The translations under genes and the position numbers were made by a program. Shown in pieces: positions 19,623 to 31,288 of a DNA stretch of 64,000 nt (the first letter of the stretch is position 1; each line of letters starts with the position of its first letter). The notes below the pieces were generated by a model. It was given only the letters and a program-made list of their open reading frames with translations, ran no database searches and was not told the origin of the DNA. The stretch lies in the NCBI GenBank assembly GCA_963716725.1, contig CAVQUB010000006.1, positions 96,001-160,000 of the forward strand, given 5' to 3'. The stretch comes from an uncultured delta proteobacterium. GTDB taxonomy: Bacteria; Myxococcota_A; Polyangia; Polyangiales; Polyangiaceae.

Positions 19623-21538
19623 CGACCCGCGCGGCCGTCGCCGAGCTCGAAGCCCAAGACCGGCTCGACGAGGCTGCGGAGCTGGCGGAAACCCTGGACG
19701 ATCACCAGCAGGCAGCGCGTCTCTGGGAGCGCGCGTGTCGATTCGATCGGGCGGCGCTATCGGCTCTGGCCGCCGGCGACGCGGCCCGCGCCCTCGAGCA
19801 CGCGGTGCGCTCGGGCGACCTCGAGCTCGAAGCTCGCACCAGCGCCGAGCTCGCGAACTCGCCGCGTGAAGCGGGGTTGGTCGCCGCGCGGCTCGGCGAT
19901 CAAGGGCGATACGCCAGCGCTGCCCGACTGTGGCTAGCCCTCGGCGAAGCCGGCGCCGCTGCCACGGCCTTCGAGCGCGCCGGAGCCTGGCTCGACGCGG
20001 CCAGGGCACACCGCGCGGCGTCGGACCCGCGACGCGCGGCGCGCTGCCTCGAGCAGGCCGTCGAGAGCAGCGAGTCGGGCTTCGAGGCCCACGTGCTGCT
20101 CGGCGAGATCTACATCGAGCACTCGCGTTACGACGCCGCGATCCGCGTGCTGCAGAAGATCCCGAATGGCGCGCCAGCTCGGGCGCGCGCGCTTCCGATG
20201 CTGGTTCGCGCCCTAGAAGCTCTCGGCCTCGCGGACGGCGTGCGGGAGCTTCAGCCCGAACTCGCGACACTCGGCCTCGAACCATCGCCTAGCGCGATGC
20301 TGCCGACTCTAGAGCCGACCGGCGCGGTCTTGTTTGGCCGCTACCGAGTGGTCGCGGACGTCGCGCGCACTGCCACCGCACGCGTCGTGCGCGCGCTCGA
20401 CCAGGTGGGCGGCGGAGACGTCGCGGTGAAGCTGTTCTCCGCGGCGGCGCTGCGCGACTCGGGCCGCGACGCTCTCGCTCGCTTCGAGCGCGAAGCCGTC
20501 GCACTGGGCAAGCTACGCCATCCCGCCATCGTTCCGCTCCGGGGCTACTTCCCCGAAGGTCCGGCCGTGGTGCTCGAGTGGATGGCCGGCGGGTCGCTGG
20601 CGGATCTGCTCGAACGAGGCACAATCTCACCGGCGCGGGCCGCCGAGATCGCCTGTGCCGTGCTCGGCGCGCTCTCCGAGGCCCACCGTCGCGGGATCCT
20701 GCATCGCGACATCAAGCCGGCCAACGTGCTCTTCGATGCTGCCGGGGCGGCGCACCTGGCGGACTTCGGCACCGCGCACGTCGCGGACGCGGCCGCCACC
20801 GTCACGGCGGGCGTGATCGGCACGCTGGCCTACATGGCGCCCGAACAGCGCGCGGGCGCCGCCGCCAACGCTCGGAGCGACATCTACGGAGTGGGAGCGC
20901 TGCTGTGGCACGCGCTCACTGACGCTCCGCCGGCGAATGCAGCGCCCTTCCTCTCGGGCGATCTGAGCGAGCCAGCGCGCGCCCTCGCGCGCCGCTTGAT
21001 CGGCGCCGAATCGGGTCGCCCCGAGAGCGCCGTCGACGCACGCGATCTGATCTTGGCGCTGACTTGGCCGACGCAACAGCCCGCCCGTCCGTCGACCGGC
21101 GGTCCGCCGAGCTCGCGACGCGCGTCGAGCCGCGACGGCAGGTTGACTCTACTCGACGGCGCTCGGCATGCGGACGCTTGGCTCGCGCGTCAGGTCTTGG
21201 TGCTGCCGCTGTCCTCCGAAGCGGCGGTCCGAGCCCGCGCCTTCGCGAGAGCTTCGCACCGGGCCCTGGCGCCCGTGCTCTGCGTTCGACCCGACGAGGA
21301 CGCGATCTGGGTCGAGGCGGTCAGCGGTTTGCCGGCCACCGCCCTCGACCCTCGAGAGCTCGCCGAGCTCCGCGGAGCCCTCGCGGCGCTGCACCGCGCC
21401 GGCGGTCGTCATGGCGCGGTCGACGCGGCCCACGTCATCCGGCGCGGCGGCGAGACGCTACTGGCATTTCCCCTGGCGCCGAACGACGCCGTGCCCGACG
21501 CGGACTTCGTGAACCTCGACGCGCTCGCGAGGGTCTGA
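19619..21538 (+). CDS. Ser/Thr protein kinase with an N-terminal TPR-like region
   Basis: VAVK, HRDIKPAN, DFG and YMAPE motifs. N-terminal helical repeats. Confidence 0.9.
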   Translation: MTTRAAVAELEAQDRLDEAAELAETLDDHQQAARLWERACRFDRAALSALAAGDAARALEHAVRSGDLELEARTSAELANSPREAGLVAARLGDQGRYASAARLWLALGEAGAAATAFERAGAWLDAARAHRAASDPRRAARCLEQAVESSESGFEAHVLLGEIYIEHSRYDAAIRVLQKIPNGAPARARALPMLVRALEALGLADGVRELQPELATLGLEPSPSAMLPTLEPTGAVLFGRYRVVADVARTATARVVRALDQVGGGDVAVKLFSAAALRDSGRDALARFEREAVALGKLRHPAIVPLRGYFPEGPAVVLEWMAGGSLADLLERGTISPARAAEIACAVLGALSEAHRRGILHRDIKPANVLFDAAGAAHLADFGTAHVADAAATVTAGVIGTLAYMAPEQRAGAAANARSDIYGVGALLWHALTDAPPANAAPFLSGDLSEPARALARRLIGAESGRPESAVDARDLILALTWPTQQPARPSTGGPPSSRRASSRDGRLTLLDGARHADAWLARQVLVLPLSSEAAVRARAFARASHRALAPVLCVRPDEDAIWVEAVSGLPATALDPRELAELRGALAALHRAGGRHGAVDAAHVIRRGGETLLAFPLAPNDAVPDADFVNLDALARV

Positions 21539-21609
21539 CCCAGCTCAGCGCCAGTGCACGCGGCCACCCTCGCTTTCCATCCTCCGGAGAGATGTTCTAA
21601 CCTCGTGGC

Positions 21610-22740
21610 GTGCCCACCCATCGTGTGTATTGCGTGCCCGGCATGTTCGGCTTCGGGCAGCTCGCGGGCTACGACTACTTCCGCCACGTCCGGGTGGCCC
21701 TCGAACGCCGCTTCGCCGATGCGGGAGTGAAACTGGTCACGGAGGTCGTGCCGACACCGCCGACTTCGTCGCTGCGGCATCGCGCGCGCATCCTCGCCAA
21801 GGCCATCCAACTCAACGCCGGCAGTGAGGGACCGATTCACCTGATCGGGCACTCGACGGGCGGACTCGACGTGCGTCTGGTGCTCTCTCCCACCATCGAT
21901 CTGAAGAGCGACGCAGAGCGGCTGCGTTGGCGCCCACGGGTGGTCAGCGCGGTGTCGTTCAACGCGCCGCACTACGGCACACCCCTGGCGAGCTATTTCG
22001 CCACCGTGTCTGGGACGCGGGTGCTGTACGCGCTGTCGCTGCTCACCGTGGTATCGCTCAGCGTCGGCGAGCCGGGCTTGGCAGTCTTCTCCAGGCTCCT
22101 GGCTGCCCTCGGCGGCGTCGAGCAGCTCTTCGGTGGGGACTCGCGGCTGATCAGCGGCGCGACGGATCTGATCTTGCGGTTTGCGGACAAGAGCGGACGT
22201 GGGGAAATTTCGGGCTTCTTGGAGAAGATTAGGACTGATCAAGGCGCCATCGTCCAGATCATGCCGGAAGCGATGGACCTCTTCAACGCGACGGCCGAGG
22301 ACGATCCAACCGTCGCCTATGGCTGCGTGGTCACCGCGGCGCCCGCCCCGCGCGCCGTGCGCTTTGCCAAGCGAGTCCGCTCGCCCTACGCGGCGCTCAC
22401 GGCCGCGATGTACTCGACGCTGTATCAGTTCACGAGCCAGCGTCGCAAGATGTACCCATACGCGCTGCCCTCCCCCGAGCAAGAGGCCGCCCTGCGAGAG
22501 GGCATCCGCGGCTCAGTCGACGACGAGATCAACGACGGCATCGTGCCCACTCTGAGCCAGCTCTGGGGCGATCTGATCTGGTGTGGCGACGGCGATCATT
22601 TGGATGTCCTCGGACATTTCCACGATGACGGCACGCCGACCGACCACGTGGACTGGATGACCAGCGGCGCGCACTTCGATCGGCAGCGCTTTTCTGCCGT
22701 GATGGACGCGGTCGCAAGCTTTCAGCTCGCCGCCAGGTGA
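21610..22740 (+). CDS. alpha/beta-hydrolase (triacylglycerol lipase-like)
   Basis: PGMFG oxyanion loop, GHSTGG nucleophile, NDGIVP and DHLD. Confidence 0.85.
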   Translation: MPTHRVYCVPGMFGFGQLAGYDYFRHVRVALERRFADAGVKLVTEVVPTPPTSSLRHRARILAKAIQLNAGSEGPIHLIGHSTGGLDVRLVLSPTIDLKSDAERLRWRPRVVSAVSFNAPHYGTPLASYFATVSGTRVLYALSLLTVVSLSVGEPGLAVFSRLLAALGGVEQLFGGDSRLISGATDLILRFADKSGRGEISGFLEKIRTDQGAIVQIMPEAMDLFNATAEDDPTVAYGCVVTAAPAPRAVRFAKRVRSPYAALTAAMYSTLYQFTSQRRKMYPYALPSPEQEAALREGIRGSVDDEINDGIVPTLSQLWGDLIWCGDGDHLDVLGHFHDDGTPTDHVDWMTSGAHFDRQRFSAVMDAVASFQLAAR

Positions 22741-22792
22741 CAGCGGCGCGCGCGGGGGGTATCGTTCGAGATCACTCTTGATGAGGTGCGAC

Positions 22793-23611
22793 ATGAACAA
22801 GACTTGGCTTGGGTTGGGCGTGATGCTGCTACTCGTTGCTCCGACCGCATGCGGTTCGGATGACGGTGACTCCGGCGGAACTGGCGGCTCCAGCACCGGT
22901 GGCTCCAGCACCGGTGGCTCCAGCACCGGTGGCTCCAGCACCGGTGGCTCCAGCACCGGTGGCTCCAGCACCGGCGGCTCCAGCACCGGCGGCTCCAGCA
23001 CCGGTGGCTCCAGCACCGGCGGCAGCGCGGGGGCCGGTGGTTCGTCGGGCGCAGGCGGAAGCGGCGGCACCAGCGCAGGCGGCACCAGCGCAGGCGGCAC
23101 CAGCGCAGGCGGCAGCGGCGGCACCAACGCAGGCGGCACCAGCGCAGGCGGAAGCGGCGGCACCAGCGCAGGCGGCAGCGGCGGCACCAGCGCAGGCGGC
23201 ACCAGCGCAGGCGGCACCAGCGCAGGCGGCAGCGGCGGCACCAGCGCAGGCGGCAGCGGCGGCACCAGCGCAGGCGGCAGCGGCGGCACCAGCGCAGTGG
23301 ACTGCAAGGCGCTGGAGGTGGATTACGCCAAGGCGCTGGCCAAAGCCAAGAGCTGCAGTCTGGCGGGGCCCACGCCCGCGAAACAATGCGGCTTGCAGGT
23401 GGACAACAAGCTGGCTTGCGCCTGCCCGACCTACGCGGACCCGGGCAACACCGCCGCCGTGAAGGAACTCGCAATTCTGAAGAGCTCGTGGCTCCAGAAC
23501 AAGTGCGACGTCGGCGTGAACTGCCCGAAGATCCTCTGTCCGCAGCCGACTGGCGGCAAGTGCAGCGCCTCCAGCGGATCGTTGAGCGGCAGCTGCGTCG
23601 ACGTGCCCTGA
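22793..23611 (+). CDS. lipoprotein with a long Gly/Ser/Thr linker and a Cys-rich C-terminal domain
   Basis: Lipobox TAC, (GGSST)9 and (GGTSA)n linker, and a C-terminal domain with 10 Cys. Confidence 0.8.
   Translation: MNKTWLGLGVMLLLVAPTACGSDDGDSGGTGGSSTGGSSTGGSSTGGSSTGGSSTGGSSTGGSSTGGSSTGGSSTGGSAGAGGSSGAGGSGGTSAGGTSAGGTSAGGSGGTNAGGTSAGGSGGTSAGGSGGTSAGGTSAGGTSAGGSGGTSAGGSGGTSAGGSGGTSAVDCKALEVDYAKALAKAKSCSLAGPTPAKQCGLQVDNKLACACPTYADPGNTAAVKELAILKSSWLQNKCDVGVNCPKILCPQPTGGKCSASSGSLSGSCVDVP
22883..23017 (+). repeat. 15-bp coding tandem repeat x9 (GGSST)
   Basis: GG(C/T)GGCTCCAGCACC repeated nine times, followed by GGTSA repeats to ~23296. Confidence 0.9.
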
Positions 23612-23621
23612 ACCCCCGCGC

Positions 23622-24152
23622 TCAGCGCGGGGCGCGAGCCGTGCGCCCATCGCTCACGGCTTTCGCCTCGGGCTCGGCCGGCGGACTCACGATCCGAAAC
23701 ACCAGATCGCGTTCTGTTCCACCGCGCGCGTAGCGGACGCGGAGTTCGGTCGCCTTCTTCAGCGACTGGAACGCCTCGTAGGCCTGCGTTTCGCGCTCAA
23801 TGGGCAGGCCGTTCACGCTGAGCACGACGTCGCCTGGGCGCAGATCCACGCCCTGCCAGAACTCCGGTGGCCGGAGTCGGACCACACGAAAACCTCGAAA
23901 GCGTCCCGCTTCGACCGCCGGCTCGACCTCGACGCGCTGCAAGAACCAACCGAGCCCCGCGTCGACGGTGGCGTGGACTTCATCACGCCACAGCGATCCG
24001 GTCGGCGGCGCTGGCCGTGCCGGCTCGGAGTTCATCGCGTCGTCCTCATCGCTCTCGGCGAGCACCTCGCTCGCGGGGAAGTCGGCTTCGGACTCGCGCC
24101 CCGCGCAGGCGGCCAGGGGCAGAAGAATCGAGAGAAGGAACGCGGCTTTCAC
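23622..24152 (-). CDS. PDZ-domain lipoprotein (GspC C-terminal-like)
   Basis: Lipobox LAAC, GFRVVRL and LRPGDVVLSVNG. Confidence 0.75.
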   Translation of the reverse strand: MKAAFLLSILLPLAACAGRESEADFPASEVLAESDEDDAMNSEPARPAPPTGSLWRDEVHATVDAGLGWFLQRVEVEPAVEAGRFRGFRVVRLRPPEFWQGVDLRPGDVVLSVNGLPIERETQAYEAFQSLKKATELRVRYARGGTERDLVFRIVSPPAEPEAKAVSDGRTARAPR

Positions 24153-24391
24153 CCTCGGAATATGGGCCGGGCCCGGGCAGCTGGGCAAATTCCGGCGCTC
24201 AAGAGCTGTCGAAAATTCGACAGCTCTTTCACTTTGTCATCGGGGAGGCACGCGCCTCCCCGCCCCACCGAAGTGAATTCGTTGGGGCCCCACCCCACGC
24301 GGGCCGGCTCCGCCGGCCTGCGCTCCGCCATTCTTCGACAGACCTTCAGCCCCCCCCGAGCCGCCGCCAAAACGCGTGTAGACTCGGGCGC

Positions 24392-25258
24392 ATGTGGCGT
24401 CGGGCTGGGGTCCTGCTGCTGTCCGCGATGGGGGTCGGCTGCGGCGCGCCCACCGAGGTCGAGAACCTCCCTTACGACACCCGCTACGGCGACTCGACCA
24501 AGCTCGACCTCTACTTGCCGAACGAGTCGGGTCCGCAGCCCACCATCATGTTGATCCACGGCGGGGCCTGGCGCTGGGGCGACAAGCGACACTTCGACAA
24601 CGCTGCCCGTCGCTTTGCACGCTCGGGCTACGTGGCCGCGAGCATCAACTACCGGTTGGTGCCCGAAGGCGCTTTCCCGAACGCGCCCCGGGACACCGCC
24701 TGTGCCCTGGCCTTCCTGCAGAAGAACGCTGACCAGTACGGGATCGATCCCAAGCGCATCGCGGTCATGGGCTACTCGGCGGGCGGCCATCTCGCATCGC
24801 TGCTCGGTGTGGCCTACGACGAAGACAGCATCGCCCCGGACTGCGACTCGGGCCGACCGGAGCGCCCCGCAGCCGTGATCCCCGGCGCCGGCGCCCACGA
24901 TTTGCGAGAGCGCGCCGACGCCAAATGGATTCAGGAGTTCATGGGAGGAACGCTGGAGGAGCTGCCCGACGAGTACGCAGAAGCGTCGCCCATCGCGCAG
25001 ATCGATCCGGGCGAACCGCCCTTCTTGCTCGTGAGTGGCGGAGGAGACTGGATCGGCGCGGAGGGGCAAGCGCGCTGGATGCGGGACGCCCTACGCGCGG
25101 TCGGCACCGAGGCCGACGAGCTCCGGCTTGCTGGCGGCGGGCACCTGCTGCAGCCCGGCGCCGATCCCGGGGAGCTTCAGCTCGAGGTGCTGCTCGAGAC
25201 GCCCGAGGCCTGGCTCGTCATCGCGGACTTCCTGGCACGCCAGATCGGTGAGCCGTGA
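24392..25258 (+). CDS. alpha/beta-hydrolase esterase (HSL/BD-FAE-like) lipoprotein
   Basis: Motifs LDLYLP, IHGGAW and GYSAGGHLA. Confidence 0.88.
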   Translation: MWRRAGVLLLSAMGVGCGAPTEVENLPYDTRYGDSTKLDLYLPNESGPQPTIMLIHGGAWRWGDKRHFDNAARRFARSGYVAASINYRLVPEGAFPNAPRDTACALAFLQKNADQYGIDPKRIAVMGYSAGGHLASLLGVAYDEDSIAPDCDSGRPERPAAVIPGAGAHDLRERADAKWIQEFMGGTLEELPDEYAEASPIAQIDPGEPPFLLVSGGGDWIGAEGQARWMRDALRAVGTEADELRLAGGGHLLQPGADPGELQLEVLLETPEAWLVIADFLARQIGEP

Positions 25259-25797
25259 AGCGCTGGGGCGTCGTTGCGCTCGTGCTCCTCACTTCGGCCC
25301 AGGCGCGGGCCGAGCCGCTGGGCAAAAGGAATGCGATCTCTCACAAGCCCTTCGCGCTCGCGTCGAGCGGCGTCGTCGTGCAGTACGAGCGCTACCTCGC
25401 CGCTCACTGGAGCGCCCTCGCTGGGCTTGGCGCGCGGCGCGCGGCACGGGAGGACTTCCGCTCGACAACGCTGAGCTTCGTCAGCGAAGGTCGATATTGG
25501 TTCACGCGGCGCGACTGGGCGTCGGGCACCACCGGCATGGCGGGGCCCTACCTGTCCTTCGCAGCAGACGCGGCGCGCACCTCCGTCACCCACGTTGTCC
25601 TGGACCGCCACGTTGGCGCGTCTTGGCGCATCCAGGAGTCAGCGCGCTTCGGCAACCGCTTCGTGATCTGGGGCCTGCAAGAGATCACGCCCGCCGCGTC
25701 GCTCGACATCATGCACGACTTCGACGAAAAGGGGCGCCTCGCCCCCAACACTCGGGCCACGGTCGGGCTGGACCTCACGGTGGGCTGGGTGTTTTGA
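25255..25797 (+). CDS. secreted hypothetical protein, probable small outer-membrane beta-barrel
   Basis: Signal peptide ending ARA. C-terminal LDLTVGWVF beta-signal. Confidence 0.6.
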   Translation: MKRWGVVALVLLTSAQARAEPLGKRNAISHKPFALASSGVVVQYERYLAAHWSALAGLGARRAAREDFRSTTLSFVSEGRYWFTRRDWASGTTGMAGPYLSFAADAARTSVTHVVLDRHVGASWRIQESARFGNRFVIWGLQEITPAASLDIMHDFDEKGRLAPNTRATVGLDLTVGWVF

Positions 25798-26434
25798 ACT
25801 CGGCATCGACAAGAGCAAAGATGAGGGCGGCGACCTGATCCGGGGCCCCGAGACCCGACACGTGTCGCAGGCGGTCCGCAGGCACCAGAGTCTCGGCGCT
25901 GGCGTAGATCTGCGCCAATCGGCGCTGAAGCTCCTGTTTCTCGTACAGCTCTTCGCTCGCTCCCCGCGCGCCGCGCCGCTGCGCCGCCAGATCGGCGGGC
26001 ACGTCGACCACCACGGTGAGGTCCGGGCGCAGTGCACGAGAGTTGAGCTCGCGGATCCACGCGACGACGTCGTCGCTCGGCGCCGTCGCCGACTGGTAGG
26101 CCAGGCTCGAGAGATCGTAGCGATCGGACAGCACCCAACTGCCGCGCGCGAGCATGGGCTCGATCTCGGTCCTCACGTGGTCGACCCGATCGGCGGCGAA
26201 GAGCAGCGCCATGGCGTCCCAAGAAACCGGGCGCGGACCGCCGCTCGGCAGCTCGATCTCATGGCGCAGGTAACGGCGAATCAGTGCGCCCACCGGACCC
26301 GAGGTCGGCTCCGCCGTGCGATGAACCGCCAGGCCGCGGGTCTCGAGGGCCAGCGCCAACCGCTCGAGCTGAGTCGTCGTGCCCGCGCCGTCGATGCCCT
26401 CGAGCACGACGAAGCGCCCGCGAAGCACGCTCAC
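25775..26434 (-). CDS. tmk: thymidylate kinase
   Basis: [21 protein letters not shown] and [11 protein letters not shown]. Confidence 0.95.
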   Translation of the reverse strand: MSVLRGRFVVLEGIDGAGTTTQLERLALALETRGLAVHRTAEPTSGPVGALIRRYLRHEIELPSGGPRPVSWDAMALLFAADRVDHVRTEIEPMLARGSWVLSDRYDLSSLAYQSATAPSDDVVAWIRELNSRALRPDLTVVVDVPADLAAQRRGARGASEELYEKQELQRRLAQIYASAETLVPADRLRHVSGLGAPDQVAALIFALVDAEFKTPSPP

Positions 26435-27312
26435 GTCGCGGCTCCGGGAGCGCCGTCTTCTCCGAACACCACGTTGTCGATCAGGCGCGCGCCCCCCACC
26501 CGAACCGCCAGCGCGAGCAGCGCACGGTCAGCGACGATCGCCTCGTCGGCGATGGGCGAGAGGGTCTCGCTGTCAGCGAGGGTCACGTAGTCCGGACGCA
26601 GGCCCAGCTCCGTGATCGCTGCTTGAACGGGCTGGCGCAGCGCGCCGGCGCTTCGCTCGCCGCCCTCGAAGCGCCGAACGGCACCCGCCAGGGAGCGCGA
26701 GAGCACCAGGGCGCGCTGGCGATCGTCCGGCGAGAGATAGACATTGCGCGAAGAGAGCGCGAGACCATCCGCCTCGCGCACCGTGGGGTGACCGACGACC
26801 TCCACCGGCATGAGCAAATCCCTCGCCATGCGCTGGATCACCTTGAGCTGCTGGTAGTCCTTGCGCCCGAACACCGCCGTGCAGGGCCCCGCGAGGGCAA
26901 ACAGCTTCGCGACGACGGTGGCCACGCCTTCGAAGTGCCCGGGACGCGACTCACCGCAGAGGTGGTCCGTCAGCGCGTCGACCCGAACGCGGGTCCTCTC
27001 GCCCTCCGGGTACATCTCGCCCACCTCGGGCAAGAACACCAGCCGCGCCCCGGCCGCCTCGCACTTCTCGAGATCGGCGTCGACGGGTCGCGGGTACTTG
27101 CCGAAGTCTTCATTGGGCCCGAACTGCGTCGGATTCACGAAGATGGTCACCGCCACGTCGTCGGCCCGGCGACGCGCGTCGTGCACCAGGGCGACGTGAC
27201 CGGCGTGCAGCGCGCCCATGGTCGGTACCAAACCAAGTCGCCGCCCGCGCGCCCGCGTTCGATCGCAGGAGGCGCGAAAGTCAGCGACGGTTCGACAGAG
27301 CTCGATCGGCAT
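26431..27312 (-). CDS. panC: pantoate--beta-alanine ligase
   Basis: [31 protein letters not shown] and GLALSSRN. Confidence 0.97.
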   Translation of the reverse strand: MPIELCRTVADFRASCDRTRARGRRLGLVPTMGALHAGHVALVHDARRRADDVAVTIFVNPTQFGPNEDFGKYPRPVDADLEKCEAAGARLVFLPEVGEMYPEGERTRVRVDALTDHLCGESRPGHFEGVATVVAKLFALAGPCTAVFGRKDYQQLKVIQRMARDLLMPVEVVGHPTVREADGLALSSRNVYLSPDDRQRALVLSRSLAGAVRRFEGGERSAGALRQPVQAAITELGLRPDYVTLADSETLSPIADEAIVADRALLALAVRVGGARLIDNVVFGEDGAPGAAT

Positions 27313-27360
27313 GACGGTCAGCCATTCATGCACAGGTTCGGCGCGACGGCCATGACGGTC

Positions 27361-28257
27361 TCAGTCTTCGGTGGGCCCATATCCGGGCGGCTCGGACGCG
27401 ACGACTGGCTTGGCCCCCGTCGGCTCACCGGTGCTGTGCGTCTTGCCCATGCCAAAGCTGTGGGCCTCACCAGGAAAGGCACCGGACTGCACCTCGGCGA
27501 CGTAGCTCTTGGTGGCCGCGACGACCGCGTCACCGAGCTCCGCGTAGCGCTTCACGAACTTGGGCTGAACGTCTTTGTACATGCCCAAGAAATCGTAGCA
27601 GACCAAGACCTGACCATCGCAGTGCGGGCCCGCTCCGATGCCGATGGTGGGCACTCCCACGGCTTCGGTGATGCGCCGTGCGACCGGCGCTGGCAGTCCC
27701 TCGAGCACGATGCAGTAGGCACCTGCTTGCTCGAGCGCCTTGGCGTCCGCGAGCACCGACGCGGCGGCGTCTTCGCCCTTGCCTTGCACGCGGAACCCTC
27801 CCATGGCGTGGACCGACTGCGGCAAGAGGCCGACGTGCCCCATCACCGGAATGCCCGCTTGCACGATGCGGTGCACGTGCTCGGCGACGACCGCGCCGCC
27901 TTCGAGCTTCACGGACTCGAAGCCGCCGTTTTTGAGCATGGCCCCGGCGTTCTCCAGCGCCTTCTCGCTGGAGACCTGGAAGCTCATGAACGGCATGTCG
28001 CCCACCAGGTGCGCGCGGCGGGCCGCTCGCGCGACGGCCCGGCCGTGGTAGCAAATCTCGTCGACGGTCACGCTCAGCGTGTTGCCGTGCCCCTGAACCA
28101 CCATGCCCAGGGAGTCCCCAATCAGGAGAATGTCCGCGCCGCCCTCGTCGAGCAGGCGAGCGACGGTCGCGTCGTAGGCGGTCACCATCGCGATCTTGGG
28201 CCCCACCCCTTTTCGGGCGCGGAGACTCGGAACCGTGACCTTGTCGGCGGGTTTCAT
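27361..28257 (-). CDS. panB: 3-methyl-2-oxobutanoate hydroxymethyltransferase
   Basis: [26 protein letters not shown] and IGIGAG. Confidence 0.97.
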   Translation of the reverse strand: MKPADKVTVPSLRARKGVGPKIAMVTAYDATVARLLDEGGADILLIGDSLGMVVQGHGNTLSVTVDEICYHGRAVARAARRAHLVGDMPFMSFQVSSEKALENAGAMLKNGGFESVKLEGGAVVAEHVHRIVQAGIPVMGHVGLLPQSVHAMGGFRVQGKGEDAAASVLADAKALEQAGAYCIVLEGLPAPVARRITEAVGVPTIGIGAGPHCDGQVLVCYDFLGMYKDVQPKFVKRYAELGDAVVAATKSYVAEVQSGAFPGEAHSFGMGKTHSTGEPTGAKPVVASEPPGYGPTED

Positions 28258-28383
28258 GGGGGCGCGGAGCCTATCACGGGGACTATCGGCCCGCGGGCCG
28301 GCAGCGCCTGGACGTAGGCCGGGAACACGATCCGCCCCCTCGCTCGTAGAAAGAAGCGAGCTGAAGCCCCACAATAGGACGAC

Positions 28384-30201
28384 ATGCCGCCCGCAGACAC
28401 CGAGCTTGGCCGATTTCACCGCCTGTTCCAGCGTTGGGCGCGACAGGTGCGCCTGCGACTGGCAGCCCAGTCGTTGCTCTCGGGGCTCGCCATCGGCCTG
28501 GCGCTCGGCGCCATCGTCGCGGCGGCGCTGTGGTGGCAGCGCCTCGGCAACCTGCGCCCGCTCGCGGCGGCGCTGGGGGCGGTCGGCGCGTTGATCGCGC
28601 TGTTCATCGCGACTCGACGCCGACTGAGCGACGCGGACGTCGCGCTCTACTTGGACGCCCGCCTCGAATCGAAAGAAGCCATCAGCACGGCCCTGGAGCT
28701 CGGGCACGGCGACGAGGCCGGCGCGGTGGTCCTCGGCGACGCGACGAGCGCGCTCGACCGGGGCGATCCCAAGCGGGCGCGGCCCCGGGTGCTCAGGACC
28801 CTGCACGCGCTCGCGCCGGTGGGAGCAGGTGCGCTGGTCTACTTGAGCTTGATCCCGTTGCCCGCGGCGCCCGCCGCGCCTCCACCCCCGCCGGGGTCGA
28901 CCCTGGTGCAGATCGCCGATCTTCGAGGGCTCGAGAAGATCGAGCAGCTCGAGAACCTCGACGCGAGGGACGCCGAGCAGCGCGAACGGCTGAAGCAGAT
29001 CGCAGAAGAAGCCAAGCGGCTCCGCGAATCGCTGGCCAAGGGCATGGAGAAGCGCGAAGCGCAGGCGAAGATCGCCAAGCTCAAGGACGAAGTCGCCGCC
29101 GAACGGCTCAAGCTCGGCGACCAGAAGAATCGTCCCGGGCTCGAGGCGGCGGTCGGCAAGCTCGCCGACAACAAGAACACCAAGGACGCAGCCAAAGCCC
29201 TGGGCGACGGCGACCTGGTCGAGTTCGACAAGAAGATGCAAGAGCTGGCCAACAAGGCCGAGAAGGCGGACCGGGACGCCGCGAAGCAGGCGCTCGAGGA
29301 GGCCAAGAAGGCCGCCCAGGAGAAGGGCTCGAAAGAGCTGGCCCAAGCCCTCGAGGAACAGCAGAAGCTGTTCGAGAAACGCGAAGCCAAGGCCGAAGCG
29401 CTGCGCGAGCTGGCCAACGGTCTGAAGGGCAAGCTGAGCGAAGAGGCGCTGAAGGATCTGGAAGAGTTCGGTCAGACCGGTGATCCGGCCGCGCAGCAGC
29501 GCTTGGCCGAGTCGTTGGAGAAGGCGCTGCAGGGCATGAGCGAAGAGGAGCGCAAGCGCCTGGCGGAGCGTCTGCAGAAACAAATGGAACAGCAGCCGGG
29601 CGCCAACCCGATGACCAAAGAGCAGATCGACGACATGGCCAAGCGCCTCGGCACTCCCGAGGGACAAAAGGCCCTCGAAGAGCAGCTCAAGGAGCTCGCA
29701 AAGCCGGACGCCAGCAAGGAGAGCGAACGCGAGAAAGGCCTCGGCGACGCGGAGCGCGGCGGCGCCGAAGCCGAGCGCGGCCTCGGCGGCATGACGCCGG
29801 TGCCCATGGACGGCGCCGGACAACCCGGCTCGGACGCCAAGGGCGGCAAGGGCGACAAGGGCGGCCCAGGCGACAAGGGCGGCAAGGGCGGCAAGGGCGA
29901 CAAGAGTGACGGGTCCGGCGGACCGGGCAGCAAGAAGGACTTCGGCACCGGAGACCACAAGGGCGCCACCGCAAAGCTCGACGGCAAGGGCCTGCGCTCG
30001 AAGGCAGGCGCCAAGTTGAACCCGGGCGTGCCGATGCAAGGCGGCACGCTGGGACGCGCTCCCTCGCGCCCCGGTGAGACGGCCAATCAGGCCGGAACCG
30101 GCGCGCTCGGTCAGGCGGGCCCGAGCGAGCTGGGAGGCGTCGAAGGCTCCGAGGTCCCCGAAGAATACCGCGAGCAAGTCGGCCGCTATTTCCAGCCGTG
30201 A
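28384..30201 (+). CDS. membrane-anchored long coiled-coil protein of the MoxR cluster
   Basis: Three N-terminal TM segments, an E/K/Q coiled coil, GGKGDK repeats and a terminal [13 protein letters not shown] motif. Confidence 0.75.
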   Translation: MPPADTELGRFHRLFQRWARQVRLRLAAQSLLSGLAIGLALGAIVAAALWWQRLGNLRPLAAALGAVGALIALFIATRRRLSDADVALYLDARLESKEAISTALELGHGDEAGAVVLGDATSALDRGDPKRARPRVLRTLHALAPVGAGALVYLSLIPLPAAPAAPPPPPGSTLVQIADLRGLEKIEQLENLDARDAEQRERLKQIAEEAKRLRESLAKGMEKREAQAKIAKLKDEVAAERLKLGDQKNRPGLEAAVGKLADNKNTKDAAKALGDGDLVEFDKKMQELANKAEKADRDAAKQALEEAKKAAQEKGSKELAQALEEQQKLFEKREAKAEALRELANGLKGKLSEEALKDLEEFGQTGDPAAQQRLAESLEKALQGMSEEERKRLAERLQKQMEQQPGANPMTKEQIDDMAKRLGTPEGQKALEEQLKELAKPDASKESEREKGLGDAERGGAEAERGLGGMTPVPMDGAGQPGSDAKGGKGDKGGPGDKGGKGGKGDKSDGSGGPGSKKDFGTGDHKGATAKLDGKGLRSKAGAKLNPGVPMQGGTLGRAPSRPGETANQAGTGALGQAGPSELGGVEGSEVPEEYREQVGRYFQP

Positions 30202-30252
30202 CGCGCTGATCGACGACGCGCCGGCTGATTTTGATTACGCTCCGGAGCGCCC

Positions 30253-31284
<1,032 letters not shown>

Positions 31285-31288
<4 letters not shown>

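Noticed and set aside
22513..23474. Pro-rich and Cys/Trp-rich minus-strand ORFs
   Set aside because: They are antisense readings of the Gly/Ser repeat linker.
27361..30177. 938-aa panB fusion ORF
   Set aside because: The N-terminal extension is the antisense shadow of the coiled-coil gene. panB starts at 28257.
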